Source of the DNA: Nitrospirota bacterium
GTDB taxonomy: Bacteria > Nitrospirota > Thermodesulfovibrionia > Thermodesulfovibrionales > Dissulfurispiraceae
Assembly: GCA_963710375.1 (NCBI GenBank)
Contig: CAVPZX010000005.1
Span: forward strand, 1 to 64,000
Length of the DNA: 64,000 bases
Direction: 5' to 3'
The translations under genes and the position numbers were made by a program. The notes beneath the pieces were generated by a model that saw only the letters and a program-made list of their open reading frames with translations, was not told the origin of the DNA and made no database searches. Positions 1-9,983 of the stretch are shown here, piece after piece (within the stretch, counting starts at the first letter, position 1; each line of letters starts with the position of its first letter).

Positions 1-1070
1 GCCCGCAACACCACCGACTGACCCTCCATGCGGCCCACCATGTAAAACGGCAGGCGCGGTTTACCTCTTAGCGCCATCTCAAGGAGGTTGTCCTGGATGC
101 CCTGCTCGATGGTCTTTCTAAGCTCGCTTTGTATCTCAAAATACCGGTCCGCAGGACACAGGCCGCCGATCCCCTGATGGGGCCTTTTGTGGTTATAATA
201 TTTCACCCACTGCCGTATCCGCTCTACTGCATCCTCAAAGCTCCCGAACTGGGCCCGGCTTAGGAACTCCACAAAGATCGTTTTCCAGAACCGCTCGATT
301 TTGCCTAACGTCATAGGATGGTGAGGCCGTGATTTGATGTGATGGATTTTGTCTTTCTTCAACTCCGGCTCAAAACGGCTGTTGCCGCGCCAGCTCGTGT
401 ACTGCCTCCCATTGTCCGTGAGCATCTCTTTAGGTGGGTTGTACTCGGAGGCCGCCCGGCGATACACTTCAATTACATTCTGTGCTGTCTGGCTCCTAAA
501 AAGCTCCAACCCCGTTATATAACGGGAATAATCGTCGATAAAGCCGATCAGAAACGCATATCGGCCCCCAAGGCGAAACGTAAAGATGTCCGTCTGCCAA
601 AGCTGGTTCGGGGTTGAGCGCTCGAAAAACCGGGGGCGGGTGATATTGCGCTGCCGCTTCTTGGGTGGGGCAGTCATTAGAGATTCGGAGTGCAGAGTCT
701 TACGAACCGTCTCAGGGCTGGCGGTAAGAAAAAACGCTCTCTTTAGAAGTTGCGAAATGCGCTTAATACCGAACAGTGGGTTGGCTTCTTTGAGTTCGAC
801 AATCTTCTGCTTCACAGGAGAGGGAAGTCCGCGCCCATTGCCATTGCGTCTTATTGCAAGGCCAGCCTCACCTTCACTACGATATGCGCGCACCCAGCGT
901 CTTACCGAATTAATGCTAATCCCGCATTCCTGCCGGATCACCTCAATAGGGACGCTCTCCTCAAGGAACTTCTTGACTACTTGAAGCTTAAAGTCGGCTC
1001 CGTAACGCCTGCTTCTGGCTGGAACCTTCTTCTTTGCACTGCCTCTTTGTAAACTCTTAACTTGTTCCAT
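1..1070 (-). CDS. IS481-family DDE transposase (3' end runs off window)
   Basis: Not in the ORF track. Manual translation from ATG at 1070: MEQVKSLQ...N-terminal HTH (SVRRWVRAYRSEG), then WQTDIF, FIDDYSR, LTDNGRQY, GKIERFWKT, YYNHKRPHQGIGG, which are rve/integrase-core DDE motifs. Confidence 0.9.
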   Translation of the reverse strand, partial: MEQVKSLQRGSAKKKVPARSRRYGADFKLQVVKKFLEESVPIEVIRQECGISINSVRRWVRAYRSEGEAGLAIRRNGNGRGLPSPVKQKIVELKEANPLFGIKRISQLLKRAFFLTASPETVRKTLHSESLMTAPPKKRQRNITRPRFFERSTPNQLWQTDIFTFRLGGRYAFLIGFIDDYSRYITGLELFRSQTAQNVIEVYRRAASEYNPPKEMLTDNGRQYTSWRGNSRFEPELKKDKIHHIKSRPHHPMTLGKIERFWKTIFVEFLSRAQFGSFEDAVERIRQWVKYYNHKRPHQGIGGLCPADRYFEIQSELRKTIEQGIQDNLLEMALRGKPRLPFYMVGRMEGQSVVLR

Positions 1071-1155
1071 CAATGACACTCCTTTCGTTTTCCTAAACTT
1101 GGAGTGTCACCCTATTTCCTCAAATCCTTGGTATCATAAACTGGTCGTTAGCACA
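1..1155 (-). mobile_element. IS481-family insertion sequence, one end at 1155
   Basis: The minus strand begins TGTGCTAACGACC at 1155 (IS481 ends typically start TGT), exactly where the DUF302-like reading frame degenerates. The other end lies outside the window. Confidence 0.7.
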
Positions 1156-1256
1156 CCCTTGGATTTCAATACAGCTTCCAGACGGTCCAGCGTTTCTTTA
1201 ACAGAGTACTTGCTTGGTTTATTGACGATGCCGTTGTCACTGGAATGTTGTTCCAT
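1156..1256 (-). pseudogene. 5' fragment of DUF302-like gene interrupted by IS481
   Basis: GGAGG SD, then MEQHSSDNGIVNKPSKYSVKETLDRLEAVLKSKG, resembling the DUF302 N-terminus (S.YSV.ETLDRLE..LK.KG). Truncated at the IS end. Confidence 0.7.
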
Positions 1257-1321
1257 CTTTAACCTCCCTATACCTGAATGTCAAGGCTTGAACAGAGCAC
1301 AAACAATTGCCGACTAATAGG

Positions 1322-2335
1322 TCATTTCCCAACTACAAGAACTGAGAAACTGTCCTTGACCATTGTCGGGCGCGGATGTGATTCAGCCGCCGCTGATGCT
1401 GTTTGTGGAGAGAACTGTGCAGACGGCAAATAAATGTTATGGGTCTGGGTATCGATCGCCATTGTGCGAGCCCCACGTTGCGTAGTAACGGTCTCTGCTA
1501 TCTCGAACTTGCCTGGGGCAGACTCCCGTACTATGGTAAGAGTGCCTTCTCCATTGGCGCTGAACGCTAATCCAGTTTTTGGATCAAAACCGTTTCCGTC
1601 AACACCTTCGCCGATCGGGACTGTGGCAATTACTTGGCCGACCTGCGTGTCCAGAATGGTCATGATCTTGTTGTGGCATCCCGAATAGACCCGGTGATGC
1701 TCGGCATCAAGTCCCATTCCGGTGGGTTCCTCGCAAGGCTTGAGTGGATTCCTTTTTGTCAACGCGAGTTTCCGGCTATCTATTTCCACTACTTCGTTGG
1801 TGTCTTCGATATTTACATAAACCCTGCCTTTGCCGTCTGCTGCCGAAAATTCAGGTTTGCCGCCAAGGGGAATTGTGCCGGCAATCTCACCGGAAACGGC
1901 TTCGAACACAGTGGCGTCCTTGCTTCGGCCATTGAAGGTGAATACTCGTTTTGATGCAGGATCGTAAAGGATGGCATCGGGATTTTGGCCGGTTTTAACC
2001 TGGCCGAGGACCTTCAGAGTTTGCAGATCGAAAATGGTAGCCGTATTTGCCCTTCCATTACTGGTAAAGCCCCGATCCAACTCCGGCGCTATGGCGATTC
2101 CATGCACGCCAGGAGTATCGGCAAGATCACCTACCACCTTGTCCGTGTCGATATTGACCACCATGACATGGGTGGACCGGGAAATATACAGCCGCCTGGC
2201 TGAGCTGTCTACAGTAAGGTAGTCCCAACCGCCTTCGCCCCCCAGTTGCAGTTTTTTGATTACATGATATCCGGTGTCCGCAGCATAGGAAATCGTACAG
2301 ACCAGCAGACTGCAAAACAATATGAACGCTTTCAA
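1322..2335 (-). CDS. YncE/YVTN-family beta-propeller exported protein
   Basis: Signal peptide; GGEGGWDYLTVD, GVHGIA, TGQNPDAILYD, GARTMAID repeats. Confidence 0.85.
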   Translation of the reverse strand: MKAFILFCSLLVCTISYAADTGYHVIKKLQLGGEGGWDYLTVDSSARRLYISRSTHVMVVNIDTDKVVGDLADTPGVHGIAIAPELDRGFTSNGRANTATIFDLQTLKVLGQVKTGQNPDAILYDPASKRVFTFNGRSKDATVFEAVSGEIAGTIPLGGKPEFSAADGKGRVYVNIEDTNEVVEIDSRKLALTKRNPLKPCEEPTGMGLDAEHHRVYSGCHNKIMTILDTQVGQVIATVPIGEGVDGNGFDPKTGLAFSANGEGTLTIVRESAPGKFEIAETVTTQRGARTMAIDTQTHNIYLPSAQFSPQTASAAAESHPRPTMVKDSFSVLVVGK

Positions 2336-2385
2336 GCTGTCACCGCCTTTAACAGATTATTTGATGTGCTCTTGAGCTTCGGAGG

Positions 2386-3696
2386 CTAGAGTCTCCAGTA
2401 TCTGGAAAAGCCTGCTGCCTCGGCTTCGCGAGCATCGAAACTGCCTTTTACATCAATTAAAACAGGGTTTGTAATGCAAATCGATCTGAGATATTCCATG
2501 GAGAATTTACCGAACTTCTTATGCTTTACTGCAGCAATAATGCCTTTATAAGGACCAGAATCCTTCAGCTCTTCAATAAGGTCAATACTGTACTCTGACT
2601 TTACCTCGTCCTTATCAGCCTCGGGGTCAAATATGAACGGCTGCGCCCCGTATTCCTTCAGTTCATTGTAGATGTCGATCACCCTTGTATTCCGCACATC
2701 TTTTACATCTTCCTTAAAGGTAACCCCCATTATCAAAATCCTGCTGCCTTTCACCATGGTCCCGCTTTTTATAAGCTCCTTTACGGTCTGCTCGGCAATA
2801 TATCTTCCCATATAATCGTTAATCCTTCTTCCTGCAAGGATCACTTCGGGATGGTAGCCGACCTCCTGGGCCTTGAATGTAAGGTAATAGGGGTCTACAC
2901 CGATACAGTGGCCGCCAACCAGCCCGGGCTGAAAAGGCAGGAAGTTCCATTTTGTTGCAGCAGCCTCAAGCACTTTTCCGGTATCTATGCCGAGACGATG
3001 GAAAATGATCGATAGTTCGTTGACCAGCGCTATATTCAGGTCACGCTGTATGTTCTCTATAACTTTGGCAGCCTCGGCAGTGCGTATGTCGGGCGCGCGG
3101 TGGACTCCTGCCTTCACAATACTTCCATATATGCCTGCAAGGAGATCGGTGGTCTCACTGTCCTGCCCGGCAACCACTTTAACTATGGACTCCAGGTTGT
3201 GCCGCTTGTCACCGGGGTTTATCCTCTCTGGAGAATAGCCGAGTTTAAAACCGCTGCCTGCCTTCAGTCCTGAATGCTGCTCAAGGATGGGACCGCATAT
3301 CTCCTCGGTCACACCGGGATAAACTGTAGATTCATATACAATAACTGAACCCCTTGAAAGATGACTTCCCACTGTTGCAGATGCTGACTGCAACGGTTTA
3401 AGATCAGGCATCTTGTGGGAATTTACCGGGGTGGGGACTGCAACAATAATAACGGATGCTTCACTCAGTTTCCCGGGCTGCGAGGTAAATTCGATTGATC
3501 CTGCAAGTATGTCTTCAGCAGAGACTTCCTCTGTCCTGTCATGCCCTGACGCCAGTTCCCTTATTCTTATGTCGCTGATATCAAAACCGATTACCCCTCT
3601 AAAAGCCCTGCCCAGGCTTATACAAAGGGGAAGGCCGACATATCCCATGCCGACGACTGCGATTTTCTTGCTGCCTGAAACAAATTCCTCTAACAT
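2386..3696 (-). CDS. Nucleotide-sugar dehydrogenase (UDP-GlcNAc/GalNAc 6-dehydrogenase, WbpO/TviB-like)
   Basis: GMGYVGLP Rossmann motif, YESTVYPG, YSPERINPGD, GGHCIGVDPYYL. Confidence 0.92.
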   Translation of the reverse strand: MLEEFVSGSKKIAVVGMGYVGLPLCISLGRAFRGVIGFDISDIRIRELASGHDRTEEVSAEDILAGSIEFTSQPGKLSEASVIIVAVPTPVNSHKMPDLKPLQSASATVGSHLSRGSVIVYESTVYPGVTEEICGPILEQHSGLKAGSGFKLGYSPERINPGDKRHNLESIVKVVAGQDSETTDLLAGIYGSIVKAGVHRAPDIRTAEAAKVIENIQRDLNIALVNELSIIFHRLGIDTGKVLEAAATKWNFLPFQPGLVGGHCIGVDPYYLTFKAQEVGYHPEVILAGRRINDYMGRYIAEQTVKELIKSGTMVKGSRILIMGVTFKEDVKDVRNTRVIDIYNELKEYGAQPFIFDPEADKDEVKSEYSIDLIEELKDSGPYKGIIAAVKHKKFGKFSMEYLRSICITNPVLIDVKGSFDAREAEAAGFSRYWRL

Positions 3697-3801
3697 CTAC
3701 CCTCCATTAAGGTCATGTTTTCTTCAAATTCTAAAAAAACAAACCAGTCTAATGATATAATAACGGAGCAATAAAATAACACCTGATGCCAGAGGAAGAC
3801 A

Positions 3802-4824
3802 ATAAAAATACTCTTCATTCGCCGAGACAACATTGGTGATCTTATCTGCACGACGCCCGCAATACATTCGGTACGAGAAAAATATCCTGATGCCAAAATT
3901 GGCATATTAGTAAATTCCTACAATGTCGACGTGATTAAGGATAACCCAGATATAAATGAATTATACATATATGAAAAAGCAAAACATGCGCCTGACAAAA
4001 ACAAATTCTCTGTTTGGTGGGACAATTTCAAAGTATTCCATCGGATAAGAAAAGAAAGATACGACGTGGCAATAGCTTGTGGTTCATATTCCCCGACTCT
4101 GGCAAAATATACTTTCTTTACCGGAGCCAAACTGAAAATAGGATATGGCAAAAAAGCCGCGCAGAATCTTTTTTATAATAAACCTATCGTAGCTTTGGCA
4201 GCGCCGGCACATGAAGTTATAAGAGTATTCAAGCTACTGGGTCCCCTGGGAATACATGAAGGGCCCGGAAAATTAGTTTTAGTCCCTGACGATGCGGAGT
4301 TGAAAAGGTTTGAAGCATACAAAAAAAATGCGGTAAAAGATCCCTTAAAACCTCTCCTGGCAATAGCTATCAGCGCCAGAATAAAGGCAAATAAATGGTC
4401 CACGGAGAAGTTTATGGAACTAATTGATAAAATACTTCTTCATGAAACCGCAAATGTATTGCTTTTATGGGCGCCGGGTTCTGAAAACAATCCTACCTTT
4501 CCAGGAGATAATGAATCCGCAGAACGCATCAGCAGGAATTTCGAAGGACGCATTATTGCATATCCGACACCTTCATTGAAGTCATTAATTGCTGCCATAG
4601 CGGGTTCCGACGTTGTAATTACCCTGGATACCGGGTCTCTCCATATGGCAGCGGCATTGGGCAAGGTTACGGTGGCCATGATGACAAAGGGCAAGGCAAA
4701 AACATGGTATCCATGGAAAACCAGTAATATAGTTATTACTGCAGAAAACACAGTGGATGGAATTCAGGTAGACAGCGTAGTGCAGGCACTCGATTCCTGC
4801 ATTAAAGATTTTCATAGCGCATGA
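3802..4824 (+). CDS. Glycosyltransferase family 9 (heptosyltransferase-like); start uncertain (ATA at 3802)
   Basis: The frame is open upstream of the track's 3931 start and encodes KILFIRRDNIGDLICTTP (GT9 N-terminus). C-terminal DTGSLHMAAALG. Confidence 0.85.
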   Translation: MKILFIRRDNIGDLICTTPAIHSVREKYPDAKIGILVNSYNVDVIKDNPDINELYIYEKAKHAPDKNKFSVWWDNFKVFHRIRKERYDVAIACGSYSPTLAKYTFFTGAKLKIGYGKKAAQNLFYNKPIVALAAPAHEVIRVFKLLGPLGIHEGPGKLVLVPDDAELKRFEAYKKNAVKDPLKPLLAIAISARIKANKWSTEKFMELIDKILLHETANVLLLWAPGSENNPTFPGDNESAERISRNFEGRIIAYPTPSLKSLIAAIAGSDVVITLDTGSLHMAAALGKVTVAMMTKGKAKTWYPWKTSNIVITAENTVDGIQVDSVVQALDSCIKDFHSA

Positions 4825-5945
4825 GAAGACTATTCTTTATAAAAAAACGTTTTTCTCTTCACGGCGGAGCTGAAAATTACATGAAAACGCTTGTTGATCA
4901 GTTAAAGCGCGATTACGAGATCACTATTCTTTCCACACACTGGGAACCGGCTGACGGGATTTATTTCAATCACATACCGAGTTCGCAGTTTACCTCTTTC
5001 CTCTCCCTGACCACTTTTAACAGGAATGTCTGCAAAGCGGTCAAAAACAACCCCCCCGATTGCACTATAAGCTTTGAGAGAACTCTCTGCCAGGATATTT
5101 ACAGGGCAGGCGAGGGCTGCCACGCGGAATGGCTGGCGATACGGTCAAAGCTGGAGGCTTTTTACAAGAAAATCTCTTTTAAAATAAATCCCCTGCATCT
5201 GTGGCTGCTCAACATGGAGAGGAGACTGTTCTCAGGTACCCCCTGCATAATAGCCAATTCCAATATGGTCAAAGCCAATATCATAAAACATTACGCTGTG
5301 CCGGCGGAAAAAATTCATTTGCTCTATAACGGGGTCAATCTGGACCGTTTTACACCTGAAAACAGAGTGAAATGGCGCAAACACATTAGAAATAATCTTG
5401 CCCTGCGGCAGGATGCAGATCTGGTGCTGTTTGTCGGCTCCGGATTCAGGAGGAAAGGGCTGCAGGTTTTGCTTGAAGCTGTTCCTCTCATCAAGGACAA
5501 AAAGATACAGGTACTGGTTATCGGCAAGGGCCCTGTGCATAAATTCAAAGCGCTGGCTGCCCGGTGCGGAATTGCGGACAGAATTATTTTTATGGGAGCT
5601 CAAAAAGAGATAGAAAAATATTATTCCGCAGCAGACCTTTTTGTCCTTCCCACGCTCTATGACCCTTTCAGCAATGCAACTCTTGAGGCAATGGCGTCCG
5701 GCATCCCGGTCATCACTACCGGGAACAACGGCGCAGCAGAGCTTATAGAGAACGGCAAGGAGGGATTTATCGTTAATGATATGTTTGATGCTCAGGAACT
5801 TGCGACACACATATCTGCTGCGCTTTCCGGTGCAGGTCACATGGGTGAGGCCGCACGCAGAAAAGCCTTGGAGTTTTCCATAGAGAAAACTGCAAGCGCT
5901 TTTGCAAAAATAATAGACAATGTAATAAGTCAAAAAAAACTTTGA
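4821..5945 (+). CDS. Glycosyltransferase family 4, WaaG/RfaG-like
   Basis: GGAENY, DIYRAGEGCH, FVGSGFRRKG, LPTLYDPFSNATLEAMASG. Confidence 0.9.
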   Translation: MRRLFFIKKRFSLHGGAENYMKTLVDQLKRDYEITILSTHWEPADGIYFNHIPSSQFTSFLSLTTFNRNVCKAVKNNPPDCTISFERTLCQDIYRAGEGCHAEWLAIRSKLEAFYKKISFKINPLHLWLLNMERRLFSGTPCIIANSNMVKANIIKHYAVPAEKIHLLYNGVNLDRFTPENRVKWRKHIRNNLALRQDADLVLFVGSGFRRKGLQVLLEAVPLIKDKKIQVLVIGKGPVHKFKALAARCGIADRIIFMGAQKEIEKYYSAADLFVLPTLYDPFSNATLEAMASGIPVITTGNNGAAELIENGKEGFIVNDMFDAQELATHISAALSGAGHMGEAARRKALEFSIEKTASAFAKIIDNVISQKKL

Positions 5946-5949
5946 ATGC

Positions 5950-6149
5950 AATTATATTTAACTATGAGGATGTGTCTCTTCCGCTCAGGCGGTCTGCTTT
6001 GACAATTCTACGACTCGTTCTGCTACAGCCGCAAAACTCGCCCTCCGGGCTCAGACAGTTGCGGCTGTTTGGCGCTTCACTTCGCCAAGAATTGTTGCCA
6101 AAACATACCGATTCGCTCCAGAGACACATACTCATAGTTAAATATAATT
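5950..6149. repeat. ~200-bp palindromic MITE/REP-like element, copy 1
   Basis: 30-bp inverted repeats at 5950-5979 and 6120-6149 (1 mismatch). The core is homologous to the inverted copy at 42612-42819. Confidence 0.85.
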
Positions 6150-6159
6150 AAAGGCAACT

Positions 6160-7320
6160 ATGGAATTTCATAACGTAAATAGGATCCTTGTCATAAAACT
6201 CCGGCATATCGGCGACGTGCTGATGACTGTTCCCGTATTCAGGGCACTGAAACAGACATTCCCCTCTGCCCGCACAACAGCCCTCGTCAATGCCGGCACC
6301 GAAGAGGTTTTAAAAGGTAGCGCATATGTTGATGAGATACTTGTTTTTGACCGCGCAATCAAGAGACTGCCTGTTCTGACCAGATATAAACGGGAAGCTG
6401 ATTTTCTTGCGCAGGTAAGGAAAAATAGATTCGATATGGCAATTGATCTCACAGGCGGGGACAGGGCTGCTCTGCTTTCATACCTGTCCGGTGCAAGGTA
6501 CCGGACAGGGTGGGAATCTAAAAAAGGGTTCCTCGGGAAGAAACGTCTCTATACTCACCTGTCCAGGCCTGACGGCAGTAAGCATATTGTCCTGCAAAAC
6601 ATGGATGCCGTCCGGCCATTTGGGATTTATGCGGAAGACCTCTCCATTGACTTTTACATTCCTGATGCGGATAGAATCCATATAAGGAAAATCCTTGGCC
6701 CGGAAGATCAGAAAGAGCGGAAAAATGGCGGTATTGTACATGTTCATCCTACATCGCGATGGCTCTTTAAATGCTGGGATGACCATTCAATGGCAGAAAT
6801 CATCAGGTGGCTTTTAGACAGGGGCATGCGAGTGGCAGTGACATCATCGCCCGTGCAGAATGAAATCGAAAAGGCCAGAGGCATTCTGTCGATTGTAGGC
6901 CCCCACAAGGGACTTGTTGACCTCTGCGGAGCCACTACCATCAAGCAACTTGCAGCGCTGTCAGAAATTGCAGACCTCTTTTTCGGCGTTGACTCAGCTC
7001 CCATGCATATCGCTGCCTCGGTCGGAACTCCGGTCGTTGCCCTTTTTGGTCCGAGCGGTGCGTTCAACTGGGGACCCTGGGACAATATAGAAAGCAGAAA
7101 ACTGAAGGGTGGCCTTGCCGGCGCTCCTTATCCCAGGAGGAGCGGAATCCAGCGATTCGGCGTTCATACGGTAATCCAGGAAGACCGGGAATGTATACCC
7201 TGCGGCAGTGATGGCTGCAACGGCAGCAAGGCAAGCAAATGTCTCGAGGAAATAAAACCGGCAACTGTCAAAGAAATACTGTCTGAACGAATGGAAGAAT
7301 GGAAGGGAAAATCCAAATGA
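6160..7320 (+). CDS. waaQ: LPS heptosyltransferase III-like GT9
   Basis: RILVIKLRHIGDVL, HVHPTSRWLFKCW, GVDSAPMHIAA, LFGPS..WGPW. Confidence 0.85.
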   Translation: MEFHNVNRILVIKLRHIGDVLMTVPVFRALKQTFPSARTTALVNAGTEEVLKGSAYVDEILVFDRAIKRLPVLTRYKREADFLAQVRKNRFDMAIDLTGGDRAALLSYLSGARYRTGWESKKGFLGKKRLYTHLSRPDGSKHIVLQNMDAVRPFGIYAEDLSIDFYIPDADRIHIRKILGPEDQKERKNGGIVHVHPTSRWLFKCWDDHSMAEIIRWLLDRGMRVAVTSSPVQNEIEKARGILSIVGPHKGLVDLCGATTIKQLAALSEIADLFFGVDSAPMHIAASVGTPVVALFGPSGAFNWGPWDNIESRKLKGGLAGAPYPRRSGIQRFGVHTVIQEDRECIPCGSDGCNGSKASKCLEEIKPATVKEILSERMEEWKGKSK

Positions 7321-8411
7321 TTTCCGTGCTCCATACTGAATCGTCAACAGGCTGGGGGGGGCAGGAAAACAGAACCCTTAAAGAGGCCATTGGCCTTAAA
7401 ATGCTGGGCGCAAGGGTGCTTATCCTGTGCCAGCCAGGCAGTATGATCGGGAAAATTGCAACTGCTGAAGGGATAGAGGTCAAAACATGCAGGATGAGGA
7501 AGCATTACGACCTCCCGGCGATATCTTTAATAATGAAATTGATTGTCAGCGAGCAGATTGATGTCATAAATACCCATAGCGGCAGGGACAGTTTTTTGGC
7601 TGGCGCAGCAGGGAGGTTATCCAGGAGACAGCCTGTAATAGTAAGGACGCGTCATATTGCATTGCCTATTACGACCCGGTTCAATTATTCGGTATTGCCC
7701 CACAAAGTGGTGACCACAAGCGAGTATGTGAGGCGATATTTGATCAGCGCAGGAATCGGGCCGGAAAGAGTGGTTGCCGTACACACAGGCATAGACTTGA
7801 GCAAATTCGACCCTGACAACACCCCGGCAACACTAAGACATGAACTCGGTCTGGGGGCCGGTGTGCCTGTTGTCGGGACTGTCTCGATCCTGCGCATCAA
7901 GAAAGGACATCAAACATTGCTTGAAGCGATACCCATGGTGCTCGAAAAAATACCGGAAGCGGTCTTTGTCTTTGCCGGTGACGGGCCGCAGCGCGAAAAT
8001 ATTTTTAACTCAATAAAAAAATCCGGCCTGTCGGGCAAGGTGTTCATGCTCGGCCTTAGGCAGGATATTCCGGCAATTCTTAACTCGATAGACATATTTG
8101 TGCTGCCCACACTGCAGGAAGCCCATGGAGGCGTTTTTGTCGAAGCAATGGCAATGAGAAAGCCGGTTATAGGTACGGATGTCGGAGGTGTCGGCGAGGT
8201 CATAAAGCATGGCATAAACGGTTATCTTGTCGGGCCCCATAATGCAAAAGCCCTTGCCGGTGCAATGATAGAGATGCTCGGCAACAGAGAAGGCATGGCT
8301 GCCATGGGCGCCGAAGGCAGGAAGATGGTTGAAGAGCAGTTCAGCACTGAAAAGATGTGTGACAGAATGTATGCGCTTTATACATCACTGTTGAATAGGA
8401 GAGTCCGGTGA
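7317..8411 (+). CDS. Glycosyltransferase family 4
   Basis: LHTESSTGWGGQE, NTHSGRDS, KKGH, EAHGGVFVEAMA. ATGA overlap with the upstream stop. Confidence 0.9.
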   Translation: MISVLHTESSTGWGGQENRTLKEAIGLKMLGARVLILCQPGSMIGKIATAEGIEVKTCRMRKHYDLPAISLIMKLIVSEQIDVINTHSGRDSFLAGAAGRLSRRQPVIVRTRHIALPITTRFNYSVLPHKVVTTSEYVRRYLISAGIGPERVVAVHTGIDLSKFDPDNTPATLRHELGLGAGVPVVGTVSILRIKKGHQTLLEAIPMVLEKIPEAVFVFAGDGPQRENIFNSIKKSGLSGKVFMLGLRQDIPAILNSIDIFVLPTLQEAHGGVFVEAMAMRKPVIGTDVGGVGEVIKHGINGYLVGPHNAKALAGAMIEMLGNREGMAAMGAEGRKMVEEQFSTEKMCDRMYALYTSLLNRRVR

Positions 8412-9190
8412 GACCGATACCTGTCCTCATGTATCACCATGTTAACCCGCATAAAGGGGATACGGTTACAGTAACTCCCGATGTTTTCGAAGGGCAAATG
8501 CGCCATCTCCGCGAAGCAGGCTACAGGACCCTGACCATTGACGAACTGCTTTCGTATATTGCCGGCGAAACGGTTTTGAAGCAAAGGGCTGTTGTCGTTA
8601 CCTTTGACGACGGCTGGCTTGATAATTTTATTTATGCCTTTCCGGTAATGAAACGCTATAACATCAATGCATGCATTTTTATTGTCACTGACTGGGTCAA
8701 GAACTCAGCGACCGATGCATCGCTGTCCTGGACTGTCCCGTCGCACAAGGAGTCAAAGTTACTGATAAGCAAGGGCTTCGCTGGTGAGGTAATCCTCGGC
8801 TGGGACCAGATCAGGGCGATGCAGGAGAGCGGTCTTGCGGAGTTTTACGCCCACACCAGGAGTCACGCTCGCTGTGACACCCTGTCGAATCTGGAGCTGT
8901 TGAGCGAGGTTGCGGAGTCAAAGCAGGCGATTGAAAATCACCTGGGCAAACCCTGCCCATATCTGTGCTGGCCCTACGGAGAATATAATGATGCAGCATT
9001 AAAGGCGGCCAGGGAGGCAGGTTATAAGGCGCTTTTCACCACGGTTCACGGTGTTGTCACTCCAGGATCCGACCCCTTTGCGATCAGGCGCATAGTGATA
9101 AAAGACAGCATTGCTTGGTTTGAGAAAAGAATGTTGATATATACCAATTCACTCCTTGCAGCATGCTACCTTAAAATAAAGAGGAAATGA
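8408..9190 (+). CDS. Polysaccharide deacetylase (CE4/NodB-like)
   Basis: PVLMYHHV, VVTFDDGW, HTRSH, LCWPYG. Confidence 0.9.
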   Translation: MRPIPVLMYHHVNPHKGDTVTVTPDVFEGQMRHLREAGYRTLTIDELLSYIAGETVLKQRAVVVTFDDGWLDNFIYAFPVMKRYNINACIFIVTDWVKNSATDASLSWTVPSHKESKLLISKGFAGEVILGWDQIRAMQESGLAEFYAHTRSHARCDTLSNLELLSEVAESKQAIENHLGKPCPYLCWPYGEYNDAALKAAREAGYKALFTTVHGVVTPGSDPFAIRRIVIKDSIAWFEKRMLIYTNSLLAACYLKIKRK

Positions 9191-9390
9191 CACATATTTC
9201 TGAATCTGTTTCTTTCACTTTGAACTCCTGAGAGTCGAGTAATCAGAAATGTCATTAAATGCTTCCCGAAGTCCGCGCTTTTAAAATCAGTCTTGCGGTG
9301 AGGCTGTCACCTGAAAGCCCGCATTTTTTTCTGTTCATTAATTGTGAGGAATACTGGTAGAAATATGGCCATTTTCGAGGCCATAAAGTA

Positions 9391-9846
9391 ATGCTCGACA
9401 GTGACCTTGCGGAACTTTATGAAGTGCCTACGAGACGACTGAATGAGCAAATCAAACGTAACATTGCGAGATTCCCCTCCGATTTCATGTTTCAGTTAAA
9501 TCCCGAAGAAGCTGAAAACTTGAGATCGCAATTTGCGACCTCAACTTCAAGGCACGGTGGCAGAAGATACCTCCCCTACGTCTTTACAGAGCAGGGGGTT
9601 GCTATGCTATCAAGTGTTCTTAATAGCGAGCGCGCCATTCAGGTAAACATAGCAATAATGAGGACTTTTGTGAAGATTCGGGAAATGCTGTCGTCTAATA
9701 AAGACCTTGCCAAAAGACTCGATAATCTTGAGAAGAAATACGACTCCCAGTTCAAAGTCGTCTTTGCCGCTATCAGACAATTGATGACTCCGCCGGAGCC
9801 CAAGCGCCGTCAGATCGGCTTCCATATGGGGAAGGAATGGAAATGA
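9391..9846 (+). CDS. ORF6N domain DNA-binding protein (possibly N-truncated)
   Basis: (RGHKV)[45 protein letters not shown]. Confidence 0.88.
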   Translation: MLDSDLAELYEVPTRRLNEQIKRNIARFPSDFMFQLNPEEAENLRSQFATSTSRHGGRRYLPYVFTEQGVAMLSSVLNSERAIQVNIAIMRTFVKIREMLSSNKDLAKRLDNLEKKYDSQFKVVFAAIRQLMTPPEPKRRQIGFHMGKEWK

Positions 9847-9935
9847 GGCAGAAAGGAAAAGGGGATGATTCTATTTATTTGCAAGAGCACCCATAATAGA
9901 ATCGGAAAAGAATTAAATGGAAACGTCCTGTCTAA

Positions 9936-9983
9936 CGCATGATAGAAGGCACCCTCAAATTCTATTCTCGGTTTACGTGCCAT
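9936..9983 (-). pseudogene. N-terminal remnant of REP-associated tyrosine (Y1/RAYT) transposase
   Basis: MARKPRIEFEGAFYHA matches the typical RAYT start (MARKPR..F.GA.YH), then the similarity ends. Confidence 0.7.

Noticed and set aside
339..1317. Plus-strand ORFs 339-617, 586-984, 750-1052, 1099-1317
   Set aside because: Antisense shadows of the IS481 transposase and the DUF302 fragment.
5942..6151. 69-aa ORF (and 42593-42853 minus, 86 aa, with a similar peptide)
   Set aside because: Both are read through the palindromic repeat; similarity reflects the DNA repeat, and starts and ends are not conserved.
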